Notes under the pieces: model-generated
The model's input: the letters and a program-made list of their open reading frames with translations, nothing else
What the model was told of the DNA's origin: nothing
Database searches by the model: none
Position numbers and translations under genes: made by a program
Shown here: piece by piece, positions 21,264 to 33,200 of the stretch
Position numbering within the stretch: the first letter of the stretch is position 1
How the letters are laid out: every line of letters begins with the position of its first letter
From: a virus
IMG/VR virus record: IMGVR_UViG_3300033146_005439
Span: 47,383-111,382 of that record
DNA length: 64,000 nt
Reading direction: 5' to 3' (one strand)

Positions 21264-21665
21264 TTAATTAGTATTATCTACATTATAGTCTACAAAATAA
21301 GTACCAAAAGCAGGACCACCCTGAACAATACTTGAATGATCATGTATTGGTATGTTTAATACATCTACTGTTTGATAAATCTTATTATCCGAAAAAAAAT
21401 ATATTTTATTTTCTTGTTGTTTTAAATGAGTATAAATAATTTCAGGATCTCCAGTACGTAAATTTGAAGGTACCACATGTAATTCCCCTATATTAGAATA
21501 CCTTATAGCAAAACCATTAACTAGCTTCAATTCTTTACCATCTATATAAATAGTATCTTCTTGTGAAGGAAAAAAACCATGACCTGATTTTAAATCAGAA
21601 GGCACCCTTAATTTAATACTTGTTCCAGCAGGTAAAGAAATAGTATAAGAACTTTGACCTTCCAT
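21264..21665 (-). CDS. Putative spike/needle-like tail-tip protein
   Basis: 133 aa with C-terminal IPIHDHS; an HxH motif like this ligates metal in phage central spikes (inference). Confidence 0.4.
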   Translation of the reverse strand: MEGQSSYTISLPAGTSIKLRVPSDLKSGHGFFPSQEDTIYIDGKELKLVNGFAIRYSNIGELHVVPSNLRTGDPEIIYTHLKQQENKIYFFSDNKIYQTVDVLNIPIHDHSSIVQGGPAFGTYFVDYNVDNTN

Positions 21666-21667
21666 TA

Positions 21668-22246
21668 TTACTCCAAATTAATATTAGTAACTTCTAATAA
21701 AATAGATTGCCCAGGACCACTGGTTATAGGCACACCATAACGACTTAAATCTGTTATATAAAATTGTTTATCACTTTTTTGATCATCCGTTGCAATATCA
21801 CCATCTGTAGGTAATAATACGTCCTCTTTAACCAGTTTAAATTGTGCTCCTTTTGGTGCTTTCCGTTGAACTCCTGTAATTAAAGCCCAACGACTAGACA
21901 TAGATGTCTGTCTTCTAGTATAACGTTCATTTTCTAATCTATATAAAATATCCGAACCTGATAAATTTAATATCACATACTTAGGGTCATCCCAACAAGG
22001 ACTAGGTGTTGAATTTAATATAAAACCAGTAAAAATTTTTTTTTGCTTTCTTTTAGTACCTGCTAATATAATTATAGTATTATCAGATATATGCTGTAAG
22101 TCATAAGCATCTATTTTTAAAGAAGCAGAAAAAGTAGATTTACTATTACGCACTTTATTAACATTAAAACTTAAAACATACGGTGTCTCAACTTCAATAT
22201 TACCTAATCTAACCGTTGCTCTTATAGGTTCTTCACGTATTGACAT
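21668..22246 (-). CDS. Putative baseplate hub-like protein
   Basis: 192 aa; VLSFNVNK...STFSASL...KIFTGFI...LNLSGSDILYRL fits the N-terminus of phage hub (gp27/gpD-like) proteins. Confidence 0.5.
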   Translation of the reverse strand: MSIREEPIRATVRLGNIEVETPYVLSFNVNKVRNSKSTFSASLKIDAYDLQHISDNTIIILAGTKRKQKKIFTGFILNSTPSPCWDDPKYVILNLSGSDILYRLENERYTRRQTSMSSRWALITGVQRKAPKGAQFKLVKEDVLLPTDGDIATDDQKSDKQFYITDLSRYGVPITSGPGQSILLEVTNINLE

Positions 22247-24235
22247 TTAAACCTCCACTGCATTATTATGTATAACAACATTAACTTTATCTCCTATATC
22301 TAACACACCTGGATAACCATTAATTGCTATCATATCACCAACTCCATCAACTCTAATCTTAAAATGTACATGATCTCCAAATTGTTGTATAATTGTTCCA
22401 GTAGCTGTAATATCTTCTACTTGTTTTTTATACATACCACCACCTATACCAGAAAAATTACCAAAAGAAATGTCACCTTCTACAACAGTTATTAAATAAG
22501 AACCACTATCAGAATAACTATAAGTAATTGTATTTATAATCTTACCTTGCGGTCCTTTAGAACCTACCTTAGGAACACTATTAGGGCCACAAGTATGTGT
22601 ATAATTAATACCAGCATCTTTTTTTAATAATTTATATAATTGATTTGATAAATTTTTAGTACCTCTTTCATCTAAAGAAGCCATATTAATAGAAAGTGTC
22701 CTACCTCTCATACTATTTTGAGCACGTTCCATAGGTGTATCATCAAAATCCTGCTGTGTTGTAGGATCATTATCTTTAATACCTACAGTTTGATCTACAA
22801 GTTCTCCATTTAAAGCTATAGGAGGAGGTTTTTCTTCTAATACTATGGGTGTTATAGAAATCTCCATATTATTTGCAATTTCAAAAGCTTTACCCATAGG
22901 ATCACTAACTATAAAACAAGGTGTATCTAAGTCCACTTGTGCCCATACTTGTAAAACTAAATAACCTGTACCATTACCATCTGTAGGCAATAAATTACCC
23001 TTAGCTACATAACCTAAATTATTTTCTTCTATTATAGGATTTAAAAAATCTAATAAATCTGATGAAGTATAATCTACATAAAAATTAACATTAGATCCAT
23101 AACGCCCATTATCATTATACATAGCATTATTGGCAAATTGTATTTTTATAATACCACTAGCCTCTTCAAAAGAAGCGTCCGTATAGTCTTCTATATAATG
23201 TATTCCTGGACTTAACTTATATATATTAGTTTCAGCAGAATTAGCTGACACAAAAACAACTGTATTTTCAGGTTTATTTCCTTGATAAGCTTTAGAAGGT
23301 ATAGGAATGCCTCTACACATATCTAATTTTATTCCCACTATATAAAGCTGATTTATACCCATAAATTTATTAACTAAAGTACCTCTATAAGATTCATAAG
23401 TTAAATTTTCTATCATAGGCACAAAAAACTCTACAGGGTAACCTTCATAAGAATTATTTAAATCTTCAAAAGGCTGACAATCTACAGTATCACCTGTCAT
23501 ATTAACATACTGTCTTCTACGAGGAATACCCAAAGAACCATTTTCTGATACCATTATAGGTACCGAAGAAGTATTTCTTTGTATTATATTAACTGCAGGA
23601 TTAGTTTCTGTATTCAAAGTTACTTGCCAAGCCCACCCAATTATACTTTGAAAAGGTGAAGTTAACTCAAATTTATTAGGAATGCCATCACGATAACTTG
23701 TTTTACCAGTAGTCAACAAAGGATCATCATAAGTTATAACTACGGATGTAGAAAAACCAGGAACTGTACAAGAAGAAGTAAGCCTAGTTGTGTCCCATAT
23801 AGTATATTTAGAATCACCTCCTATAATATGTTTAAATTCATAAGATACCCTAGTAGCTTTAGGTTTACCTCCTGTAACCATAACATTTACTTCTCTTGGT
23901 AGATAACCAACAGATTTAATTGTATAATATATATCTAAACTTGTAGATTTCTTACCTACAGCATAAACTTCCACTTCACCTTCAGAATTAACTCTTAATT
24001 CATATAAAGTACCTTCTATAGCTAATAATTCTAACAAAGAAGCTTTCATGGCTTCTAAAGGAGGCACTCTTTTTAAATCAACATTCTGCAATTTACCTGA
24101 TTTAATAAAACCATAAGGAATATCATAAGTATCAAGCACTTCTTCTATTATAGGCTTTGTATCAACATCTAAAGGTATTTCATAAGAATTATCTTGAAAA
24201 GTAGGCCATACAGTACTTGTATTAACTTCACCCAT
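22247..24235 (-). CDS. Tail-tip/hub-like protein immediately downstream of the tape measure
   Basis: Start re-called at ATG 24235 (MGEVN...), which has a GGGGGT RBS and an 8-nt overlap with the tape measure stop (ATGGGTGA); 662 aa; C-terminal OB-fold-like segment (GTIIQQFGDHVHFKIRVDG...IGDKVNV). Confidence 0.55.
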   Translation of the reverse strand: MGEVNTSTVWPTFQDNSYEIPLDVDTKPIIEEVLDTYDIPYGFIKSGKLQNVDLKRVPPLEAMKASLLELLAIEGTLYELRVNSEGEVEVYAVGKKSTSLDIYYTIKSVGYLPREVNVMVTGGKPKATRVSYEFKHIIGGDSKYTIWDTTRLTSSCTVPGFSTSVVITYDDPLLTTGKTSYRDGIPNKFELTSPFQSIIGWAWQVTLNTETNPAVNIIQRNTSSVPIMVSENGSLGIPRRRQYVNMTGDTVDCQPFEDLNNSYEGYPVEFFVPMIENLTYESYRGTLVNKFMGINQLYIVGIKLDMCRGIPIPSKAYQGNKPENTVVFVSANSAETNIYKLSPGIHYIEDYTDASFEEASGIIKIQFANNAMYNDNGRYGSNVNFYVDYTSSDLLDFLNPIIEENNLGYVAKGNLLPTDGNGTGYLVLQVWAQVDLDTPCFIVSDPMGKAFEIANNMEISITPIVLEEKPPPIALNGELVDQTVGIKDNDPTTQQDFDDTPMERAQNSMRGRTLSINMASLDERGTKNLSNQLYKLLKKDAGINYTHTCGPNSVPKVGSKGPQGKIINTITYSYSDSGSYLITVVEGDISFGNFSGIGGGMYKKQVEDITATGTIIQQFGDHVHFKIRVDGVGDMIAINGYPGVLDIGDKVNVVIHNNAVEV

Positions 24236-27200
24236 TATATAAACCCCCCAATGCAGATACAGAATAAACATGTGTTAATATACGATTTAATTTAGCTTCT
24301 TGTTCCATAAAACGTGTATTCATTTCTTGAGAAAGACCTGATTTATCCGAACGAAGAACATTTAAATCAGAAATTAAGTCATTTATTTGTTTTTCTAAAT
24401 AGGCAGTATCTAAAGTATGTTTTTCTTGTATATCTGATAATACTGCTATACTAGAGGTATCTTCTATCTTAGTATTTAACATAGTTATATCTTCTGTATG
24501 CCTTACCTTTAAATCAGTTATTTGATTACTTAAATTATCTAACACAGTAGCTAATTGATCATTTTTTTCCGCACCTACTGCTGCACCAACACCTTCTAAG
24601 TTAAGGGAGGTTAATTTATTAACAGCCGCCTCAAAAGAAGATGTATCCACCTTTATAGTTGCCTCAGGTAAATCTACAGGTACTTTAACTCCTGTAACAT
24701 CTACACCAATTTTAGCTTCACCTACATCAACTGAAACTTTCGCATCATTAACATCCACAGGAACTTTAGCATCACCTACATCAACCTTAACTGTAGCATC
24801 ACTTACATCAACAGGCACTTTTGTATCAGAAACATCCACTTTAAATTCTACAGATTTTAATTCTTCTATAGCTTTATTTAATTCACCAATATTATCAATT
24901 GTTATAGAAGTAGTTGGTATATTTAAACTTTTACTATCCAATTCATCAGATAAAGCTAAACCTCCATTCTTAAAATTTTTAGAAACAACCAGTTCCCCTT
25001 TTTCTAAGAAATAATTACCTGTAGAGTTAATCATACCTCCAGTATGCTTATGTCCTTTTACAAAACCGCCTAAAAGATGCTTCTTTAAAAAAGCTTCAGG
25101 TGAATAATCTTTAGTAATAATATTCATAAAAGCATTTTCCTCAGTGCCCGCTTTTATTACAGAAGATTTACTAGAAATACCTGGCGTTTTAAAATAAGAG
25201 GAGCCTATAAAAGAACTAAACTCTTTTCTATCTACATAAAGTTTTCCTGTTTTAGTATCTTTATAAATAGAACCATCTTTAATACGTTGATTTATACCTG
25301 CTGAATCAATGCCTATGTGCTTTAAATAAGAAACGCTTACTGGAAAATACCTTCTATTTCTTCCCCCTGATAAGTCAAAAGTATCTCTTTTTTCAGCTAC
25401 ATTTTTAAACACTGTACCTGCTAATTTATCTTCAAATAAATAACGCATATTAGCAAAAAGATTACTTTTTTCAACTACGTCAGAAGTATTCTTATATTGA
25501 GACATCATGCCTTGTAAAGTCTTAGTACCTTCAACTAAAGATTTCATCATAAGTGCTTTAGTTTTTGGATTCTTTACATCTGCCCAATTCTTAATATTAG
25601 CTACATCAGTATCCCCAAATACAGCAATATTCATATTACCTTTATTAGCTTCTATAAATTTAGTTAACTTAGCTTCATCACCACCAAAACGTAACAATGA
25701 GTCTATATCTTTAAAAAGTTTTCCAGATTTAGTTGTAACATCATACTTAGTATTTTTAGCTCTACTAGGCATAGCTTCTACATCGGCAGAAGCTTTCCCA
25801 AAAATATCTATACCTCCGGACATCTTATACTTATTTAAGTCGTCTTTCCTTAAAGCTTCATAATCAGGACGAGCAGCAGATAATTGTCTCGATCTCAAAA
25901 TTCTACGAGCTTTCATTTCTTTTTTCTGCTGATCAAAAACATTAGCTCTATTAGCTACATGCATATCATAAGAATTAGTATAATAACCTAAATAATTATC
26001 TTTTATCATAGGTGATGCGTTATTTACTTTAACACCGCCACGTAAACCTGTATTACCTACCATTTTTAATAAAGTAGCATCACTTATAGTTTTAAAACCA
26101 GCTTTAGTTATACGTTTTCTTTGACTGTTTAAATCCATAAAACTAGGTGCTGGTGCAAACATTGTTCTATTTGTAGCTCTTGTTACGTCTTCACCACGAT
26201 ATTTCTTTTTATTTCTATAATAATTATCTATTTTATTAGCATCTATACCTTGAGATTTAAAATATTCTGAGATAGTCTGTAACTCTGGTAAAACCATTTC
26301 TTCCCAAGCTCCTTTACTATTCAATTTTTGTATCCCAGGACCAAATAAATTGGTATAAACATGCTTTTTATTTTTTATAGAACCACCTAAAGCGAACTTA
26401 TAAAAGTCTTTTGTTGCATCACCTACATAAGGAACTCCTTTAGGTACTTGTCTATTTATTTTAAATTCTTTTTGAACATTCTTATTTGTTAAAATCTTAA
26501 CAAACATCTTTTTTATTTCATTAGGTGTTTGTGCAGAATACATAGGTTCTTTAATACCTGCTAAATCATGTAGTCTAAATAATTCTGCTAAAGGTTCGTC
26601 CGAAAGTTTAAGTTCATCTGCGCCCATACTTCTATAATTTTTTAAACTTTCCTTAGCATATTCCGTAGCATATTTATCTTTTAAAGCTAAATTTCTCCAG
26701 TATTTATGAAGATCAGGAGCATCTTCTAAAAATTTACGAGAAGCTACATGACCTATTTCATGCACCATAGTAGCTCTTAAAAGTTTATCTTGATCTTGAG
26801 CTATACTACGCATATGACCAGAAAGAACTTTTACATTAGGATTATAAATATTACCCGCAGCTATATCTACTTTAGAACGCCCAGTACGTAAATCTTTATA
26901 AGCTCTGCCTAAGTTACCTTTCTTTTTATTTATAGCACTTAAAGCTGATACATCTAAATCAACATCACCTAAAATATCTTTATACTTTGACATAACAGAC
27001 GATACTGTTTTAGTATAACCAGGTAAAACATCTGCGGGTAATCCTGATGCTCTAGCCATTAAAGAAGCTATAGAACTGCCTCCAGATTTAACATTTGTAC
27101 CAATAGCTCCTATCTCATTAGACAAAGGATTAAAGCCCTTTAAACGAGAAGCTACACCCCCAGATAGAGCTGTTCCAGCTAAAGCACTTAAAATACCTGA

Positions 27201-30200
27201 AGTTACTCCTAAACCACCTTTTTTAATATCCCCCATAAAACTAGTTTTAACACTAGCACCTATTTCCTTCAATTGTTCAATATTAAGATTAGAAACAAAA
27301 CTACCAACACCTTTAGCCATAGAAACACCTTTAGCTAAAGTGGTTTTCATACCTTTCTGTGCTTGATATGTTGAAATATTCTCTATAGTCTTAAGAGGGT
27401 CTAAAGCTAAAGTTTTACCTACTCTAGCACCTAGTTCTAAAGTAGCAGCACCAGCTTGACCTAAAATATTATGAGTTCCTTTTAGTCTATAATCTTCTAA
27501 AGATTGTATTCCTTTACCAGCTTGCGTAGATAGCCAATTAAAAACACCACCACCAGAAGCGTAGCCTTTACCTTGATTCAACTTTCTAGCAGCAGTAACA
27601 CCACCTATAGCTTTAACTTCATCAGGTGTTAAAAGTAATTCACCATTACTAACATTTACAGGAACACCTCCCTTAGCAAAATTATTTAAAGAAGTTTTAG
27701 CCTTATTAGCATATTTAGATTGTATAATAAAAGAACCTTCTGGCACACGCATACTGATACTATCAGAGGTACCTGTTCCTGGACCCTTTATAGTGGTTCC
27801 TATAGTACCACCTAAAGCTTTTTCTTCAGAAGTTAACTTCTTAAAATAACGAGCTGGTGAAAAAGGCATAGTTTTAGAACTAAAAGGTATACTACCAGGA
27901 AGAACATGTTGAAATAAGGTTTTTAATTTGTCGCCAAAAGATTTTAATTCATCTTCCGGAAAAAATTTAGTTGAATCTATACCTAAAGTACTTAGAGTAT
28001 CTTTTGCCTGTTCCTTACCTCCAGACATAACTTCTAATATCTTAGCCAAAATAAGTGTTTGAGAATCTAAAGCATTAACTACAGGTGTATTAGCATTTTT
28101 AAAATAATCAGCATATTTAGTTTCATCACCACCAAAAGCTTTATTAATTAAACCTGTCTTTATATCTTCTAAAATAGTCATGTCAGGTTTTTGAGCTACA
28201 GCATTATTACGTGTATTTTCACCAGCCTGTTTAATCATATCATATAACTTAGAAGCCTGTTGCCCAAAATAACCTCGTTGCTCTTCATTAAAATTATAAT
28301 TAGGATTATTAGCAAAAGAAGACAACTTATCAGCAAATTCTTTTATAGGAGCAAAATTAGTTCTTGTTATATCTGAAATTTGTTGTAATTTTTCAGACTT
28401 CTTATAAGCAGCTTTTTCAGAAGGTATTAAATTAAGTTGAGTTAAAATATCAGAACGTTGAGTCCCTTTAGAAGTTCTTAATTGTTCCATTAAATTTGCT
28501 CTTTTTATATCAAACTGATTGGATGCGCCTAAAGTAAGTTGAACACCCGCTTTAGATGCCTTGTATTGAGCATAAGGATCAATAAATTGAGGAGCAAAAG
28601 AAGAAGAACCTCCATACATAGATTCTAAAGAACGTTTAGCTTCAAAACTACCATACTTCAAACCAGATAAAGAATCTGTAGCCTGCGAAATACCTTGTTC
28701 TAATTGAAGCATAGCAGCAGACAAACTTTTAAAACCATTTAAAGTTAAAGAAATGGAAACTAATTCTTTTTTCAATTTATTTAAAACATTATCAGTTTCT
28801 TTTGCAGATTTGGATAAAAGTTCAAGTTCAAGTCTAACCTGTTTTTGCACTACTGATTCTGAAGTTGAAAACCAACCTTTATTACTAGGTAAAGCATTAT
28901 ACTCCTGAGTCTTTAAAGCTAACTGTTTAGCTATACTAGAACGTTCAGCTAACTTAGCTTCATATAAAAATTGCCTATCTTTATAAGAACGCATTAAATT
29001 TTTAGCTTTAGCTCCTCCAGCCAAACCCATAAATTGTTCAACATTTAAATCATTAATATTATTAGGAATTAATTGTAAACCTGAAGGAGTACCACGTAAA
29101 TTACCATTAAATCCTTGATTTTGTAAAGAATTTAAATCATCTAATCTTTGTGACATTAATTCTGCTGTCATATCTGTAGCAGAACTAAAACGATTCAAGG
29201 CTTGTTCTGCTAAAAGTGATGCTTTTAATAAAGCTCCGCCATGGGCTAGTTGAGATTTAACCAATTTAGCTAATTTATCAGATTCTTTTTTAATTAAGGT
29301 ATCCCATTTTTTCTGTTCACCTGAATTAACAGCTTGAGATCTATTAGATACCATAGCATTAATTCTACTTTGTGCATCTATTATAAGTCTATCTAAAGAT
29401 TTATAAGCAGTTAAAGCTTTTGTTGTATCTGTAGGAGATTTAAAAAAAGAACTCGTTTTTTCAACTAAAGTTTTAGGCTCTTTACGACCTTCTAATAACT
29501 GCATCAACTGGAACTTATCTAAACCTCGCATAGATGTTTCACCTAAAGAAATATTAGTAGAAGGTACACTCATACCAGCATAAATACCTTTACCTATTTT
29601 TAAAGAATCTTGTATATCTTTAGCAAAATTAGTATTTTTTATATCTCTTTCTATAGTTTCTAATTGAATCTTAAATTTCTCTGCTAATTCTAATTTAGTT
29701 AATTCTGCTTTTAATTTTTTAACATCTTCTGTAGTATCATCAAAAGTAGTTTCAAGATTCTTTTTTAATTTTTCAGTATCTTTTACAGCTTTTTTATAAG
29801 CCTCTTCAGAATCCAATATAGTAGATTCTTTTACAGTAGATTGATTACCACCAACTTTAGTACTATTAACCGTCTGTTTATGTAATTCATCGTAAACTTG
29901 TTGTGCTGCAACCGAATTTTCTGAAATAATGGCACGTAACTTAGCAGCTTCTACATCAGCCCCTTGTTTTAAATCTGCTGCTCTAACTTTTTGAGTATCC
30001 TTTTCTGCTACATAACGTGCTAAAGTGGAAGCTGTTGCTGCAGTAGCTATTTGAGCCACTTTATTATAATCTATAGGATCTACAGATACAGTAGGACCTT
30101 TAACTTCTCCCCCTGCAGCAAAACTACCAATAATACCACCGTGAGCTAAAGTATCTAATTGACCTTTTTGTAATTTAAGTAACTTGTCCCTACCTATAGC

Positions 30201-33200
30201 CTTAGCCATAGTAGGTGGTATAATTAACTCACCATTACTAACTCGTATAGTGGCAGTTTTGCCAGAAGAACCTGTATTATTAGTAGCATAACTAGATTTA
30301 GCAATCAATGCTTTTGCTTTATTAGCATATTTAGAAGGTATTACAAAAGAACCTTCAGGCACATCTTGCAAAAGTATAGAATCAGAAGTACCTGTGCCAG
30401 GCCCTTTAACAACACCTCCTTGAGCAAAAGATTGCACGTAGCCTCCAAAAGCTTTATTATCTTTTTTAGTAGCCATCTTATCAACAGCTTCTTTCATTTT
30501 ATCAGCAGCTTCATTCATCTTGTCCGAAGCTTTTTCCATACCAGGTTTAATATAGTCTTCCCTAACAGATTTAGGTTTAGTAGCACCTGCAACTTCTTTA
30601 ATCCCTAAAGATTCTTCTGCAAAATCTTTCATAAAAGTTGATGAAGCTTTTTTCAAACCTCTAAAAGCAAAAAATTCTTTAACTTTACCAAATATACCTT
30701 CGGATTCTGATACAGTTTTAGCAAAATCTTTTAAAGCTTGTCCATATTTCTTAAAACTTTCGGGTAGTTCTTCACCAGTTAAACCTGTTTGCATTTTAGC
30801 TGCAGCATAAGTCCCTATAGCTCCTCCAACTGCTCCGGAACGCATAGACCATTTATCACTAAGGCCCATTTTACGCGCAAATAAAGTTGCTGCACCAGTA
30901 CCTGCAGACATACCTTGTAAAGAACCATAAAAACGAGCTTTTTTATACTCTTGAGCTTTTTGAGCTAATAACTCTTCTTGACGTTTTCCATACTCTCCTG
31001 ATAGTTTATATTTCTTACCTTCGGGTGTAATAGTAGAAGATACTACTTCACCTGCCTTTAAAGCGCGTTCTGATAATTTTTTTAATTCTTGATCAATAGC
31101 TTCTATCTTTTTACTAGTATAATTTCTTTTATATGTAGCAAATACTGCTGTTCCTGCAGCTAAACCGGCCATATTTTTAGAATTAAGTAAAGAACTCTCT
31201 GCTACCTTAGTTTTATTCTCTTTTTGTAGAGCTTCTAAAGTGGCTACTTGTTTATCAAACTCCGGAGTACCTCCCTTACTTCTTAAACCAAACCATTTAC
31301 GTTCATCTGGCATTTTATTACGTAATTCACCTAATAACGTATTAGCATTCATACCGGCAAACGCTCTACTATACATTTCTTTACTAGAATATGATCCTGG
31401 ACCACCAACACTTTTATTGTCTATCATCTTAGCAGCGCCAGCCAAACCTTCTCTAGAAATGAGTCGTTTAGTCAATAAATCTAAAGCTCTATTAGATTTA
31501 ATTAACATCTCAGAATCACCTGTTTTTGCAGCGGTATCTCTTATTTTGGCTACTCTATCTAAAGCGGATACTATTTTACCACTTTCTGTAACAAAGCCCG
31601 GTAATAAAGCAGAAACTATATCATTAGGTGTAAGCATTAAATCATCTAATAAAGTAGAAAGATTACGTACTTCACCTTGTTTATCAAAACGCTCTATTAA
31701 TTTGTCTAATCTATCTACGGTATTAGCTGTATTTTCAGCAGTTTTTGTAGTATCTACTTTTAATTCTTTTAATTCATTACCTGGCCCTGCTACTTCAGTT
31801 AAATACTTCTGAAAATCTTCAGGTTTAACAGCTGTTCCAAAACCTTTAGATACCTTTCTAATACTATCCAAAGCTACTTTAGTTTTATCTATAGCGTAAA
31901 TATTATTTGCTGTACCTTCACGTTTAGCTTCTAAAACCTTTAATTGTTTGGCCATAGCCTCAAACTTAGGATTTTTAATAAGCAATCTTTGCTGAGCAGT
32001 TAATTTAGTTTTATCTTGTATGCCTAAATCTAAATTAGCTAACTCTTTACTTTTTCCTGACATTAAACCAGCAGTTTCTCTAGTTAATTTTAAACGTGAT
32101 TCTGTAACAGCAACATTCTCAGCAGTAGCTCTACTATTAGCTTCCATAGCTTTAGTTAAATCTACAAAAGCAGCTCTATATTGCATTATAATTTGATTAT
32201 TCTTCAAAACATTCTGAAGTTGTACAATCTGATCATATAAACCAGTAGTCATTTTTATAGATTTAGCGTCTATACCATCTAACTTCATTTTTTGAAGACG
32301 TTCTAATAAGAAACGATACTCTTCCATAGGTTTAGCATAATATTTCTTAAAATCAGCTGCCCAACCCTTTTGAAAAGGTGACTTACCAAAAGATTTTTCT
32401 AAAGGATTATAACCTTTTGCACCTTGTAAAATAGTAGAAGTACTTATTTCACTAAAAAAACGTTCTCCTAGATTAAAATTACGCTTAAAATCTTTTGGTG
32501 AAATACCTCGTAATCCAGCCCCCGCTCCTGCCATAAATTCATTTAAAGCACCTATTCTATCAGATAAATCTTTTTCTATTTGTCTAACAGGTAATACAGA
32601 ATCAACGATAGCTTGCATATTACTATCAAACTTATGTGTTTCTACTTTTAAAGTTTTAGTGTTAAAGTAAGTAGCTACCCAATCATAAGTTCCATCAATA
32701 GTCTTTTTATATTCTACTATAGCTTGACGACCTGCCATATTAAATTTCTTAGCTGCATCATCCATAAAAGTTACAATATCACCACTTAACACTTTACCTT
32801 GACGCTTAGCAATACCAGCACTTTCAACATTAGCTGTAGTTAATTCTTTAGTAACATCTAATAAACCAGATTTAGTAGGATAAACACGTTTCATTACTTC
32901 TTGACCTAAAACATCTTGCCAAGAAGCTTTACCTTTCATAGCACCTACTTGAAATTTTGGTTCTATTTTAAGAGCCATCTCATAACCTTTTTGTAGTTCA
33001 GGACTACTTAAAATTCTTGAAATTTCATCAGTAGGTAAACCTTTTAGTGACATACTACTTAAAGTTTTTCTAAAACCTTCATAAGAACCCTTAAGTTTAT
33101 CACTTAATTTTGTTACTTTCTCTTGTAATTTAGAAATATCTTTATCATAAATATCACTTAAAGAATATTTATTTTTCTGTGACATCATATAATTAAGTTC

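Noticed and set aside
24236-24271. Longer start (MFILYLHWGVYI) of the 674-aa ORF
   Set aside because: It overlaps the TMP end; the ATG at 24235 has an RBS and the typical 8-nt coupling overlap
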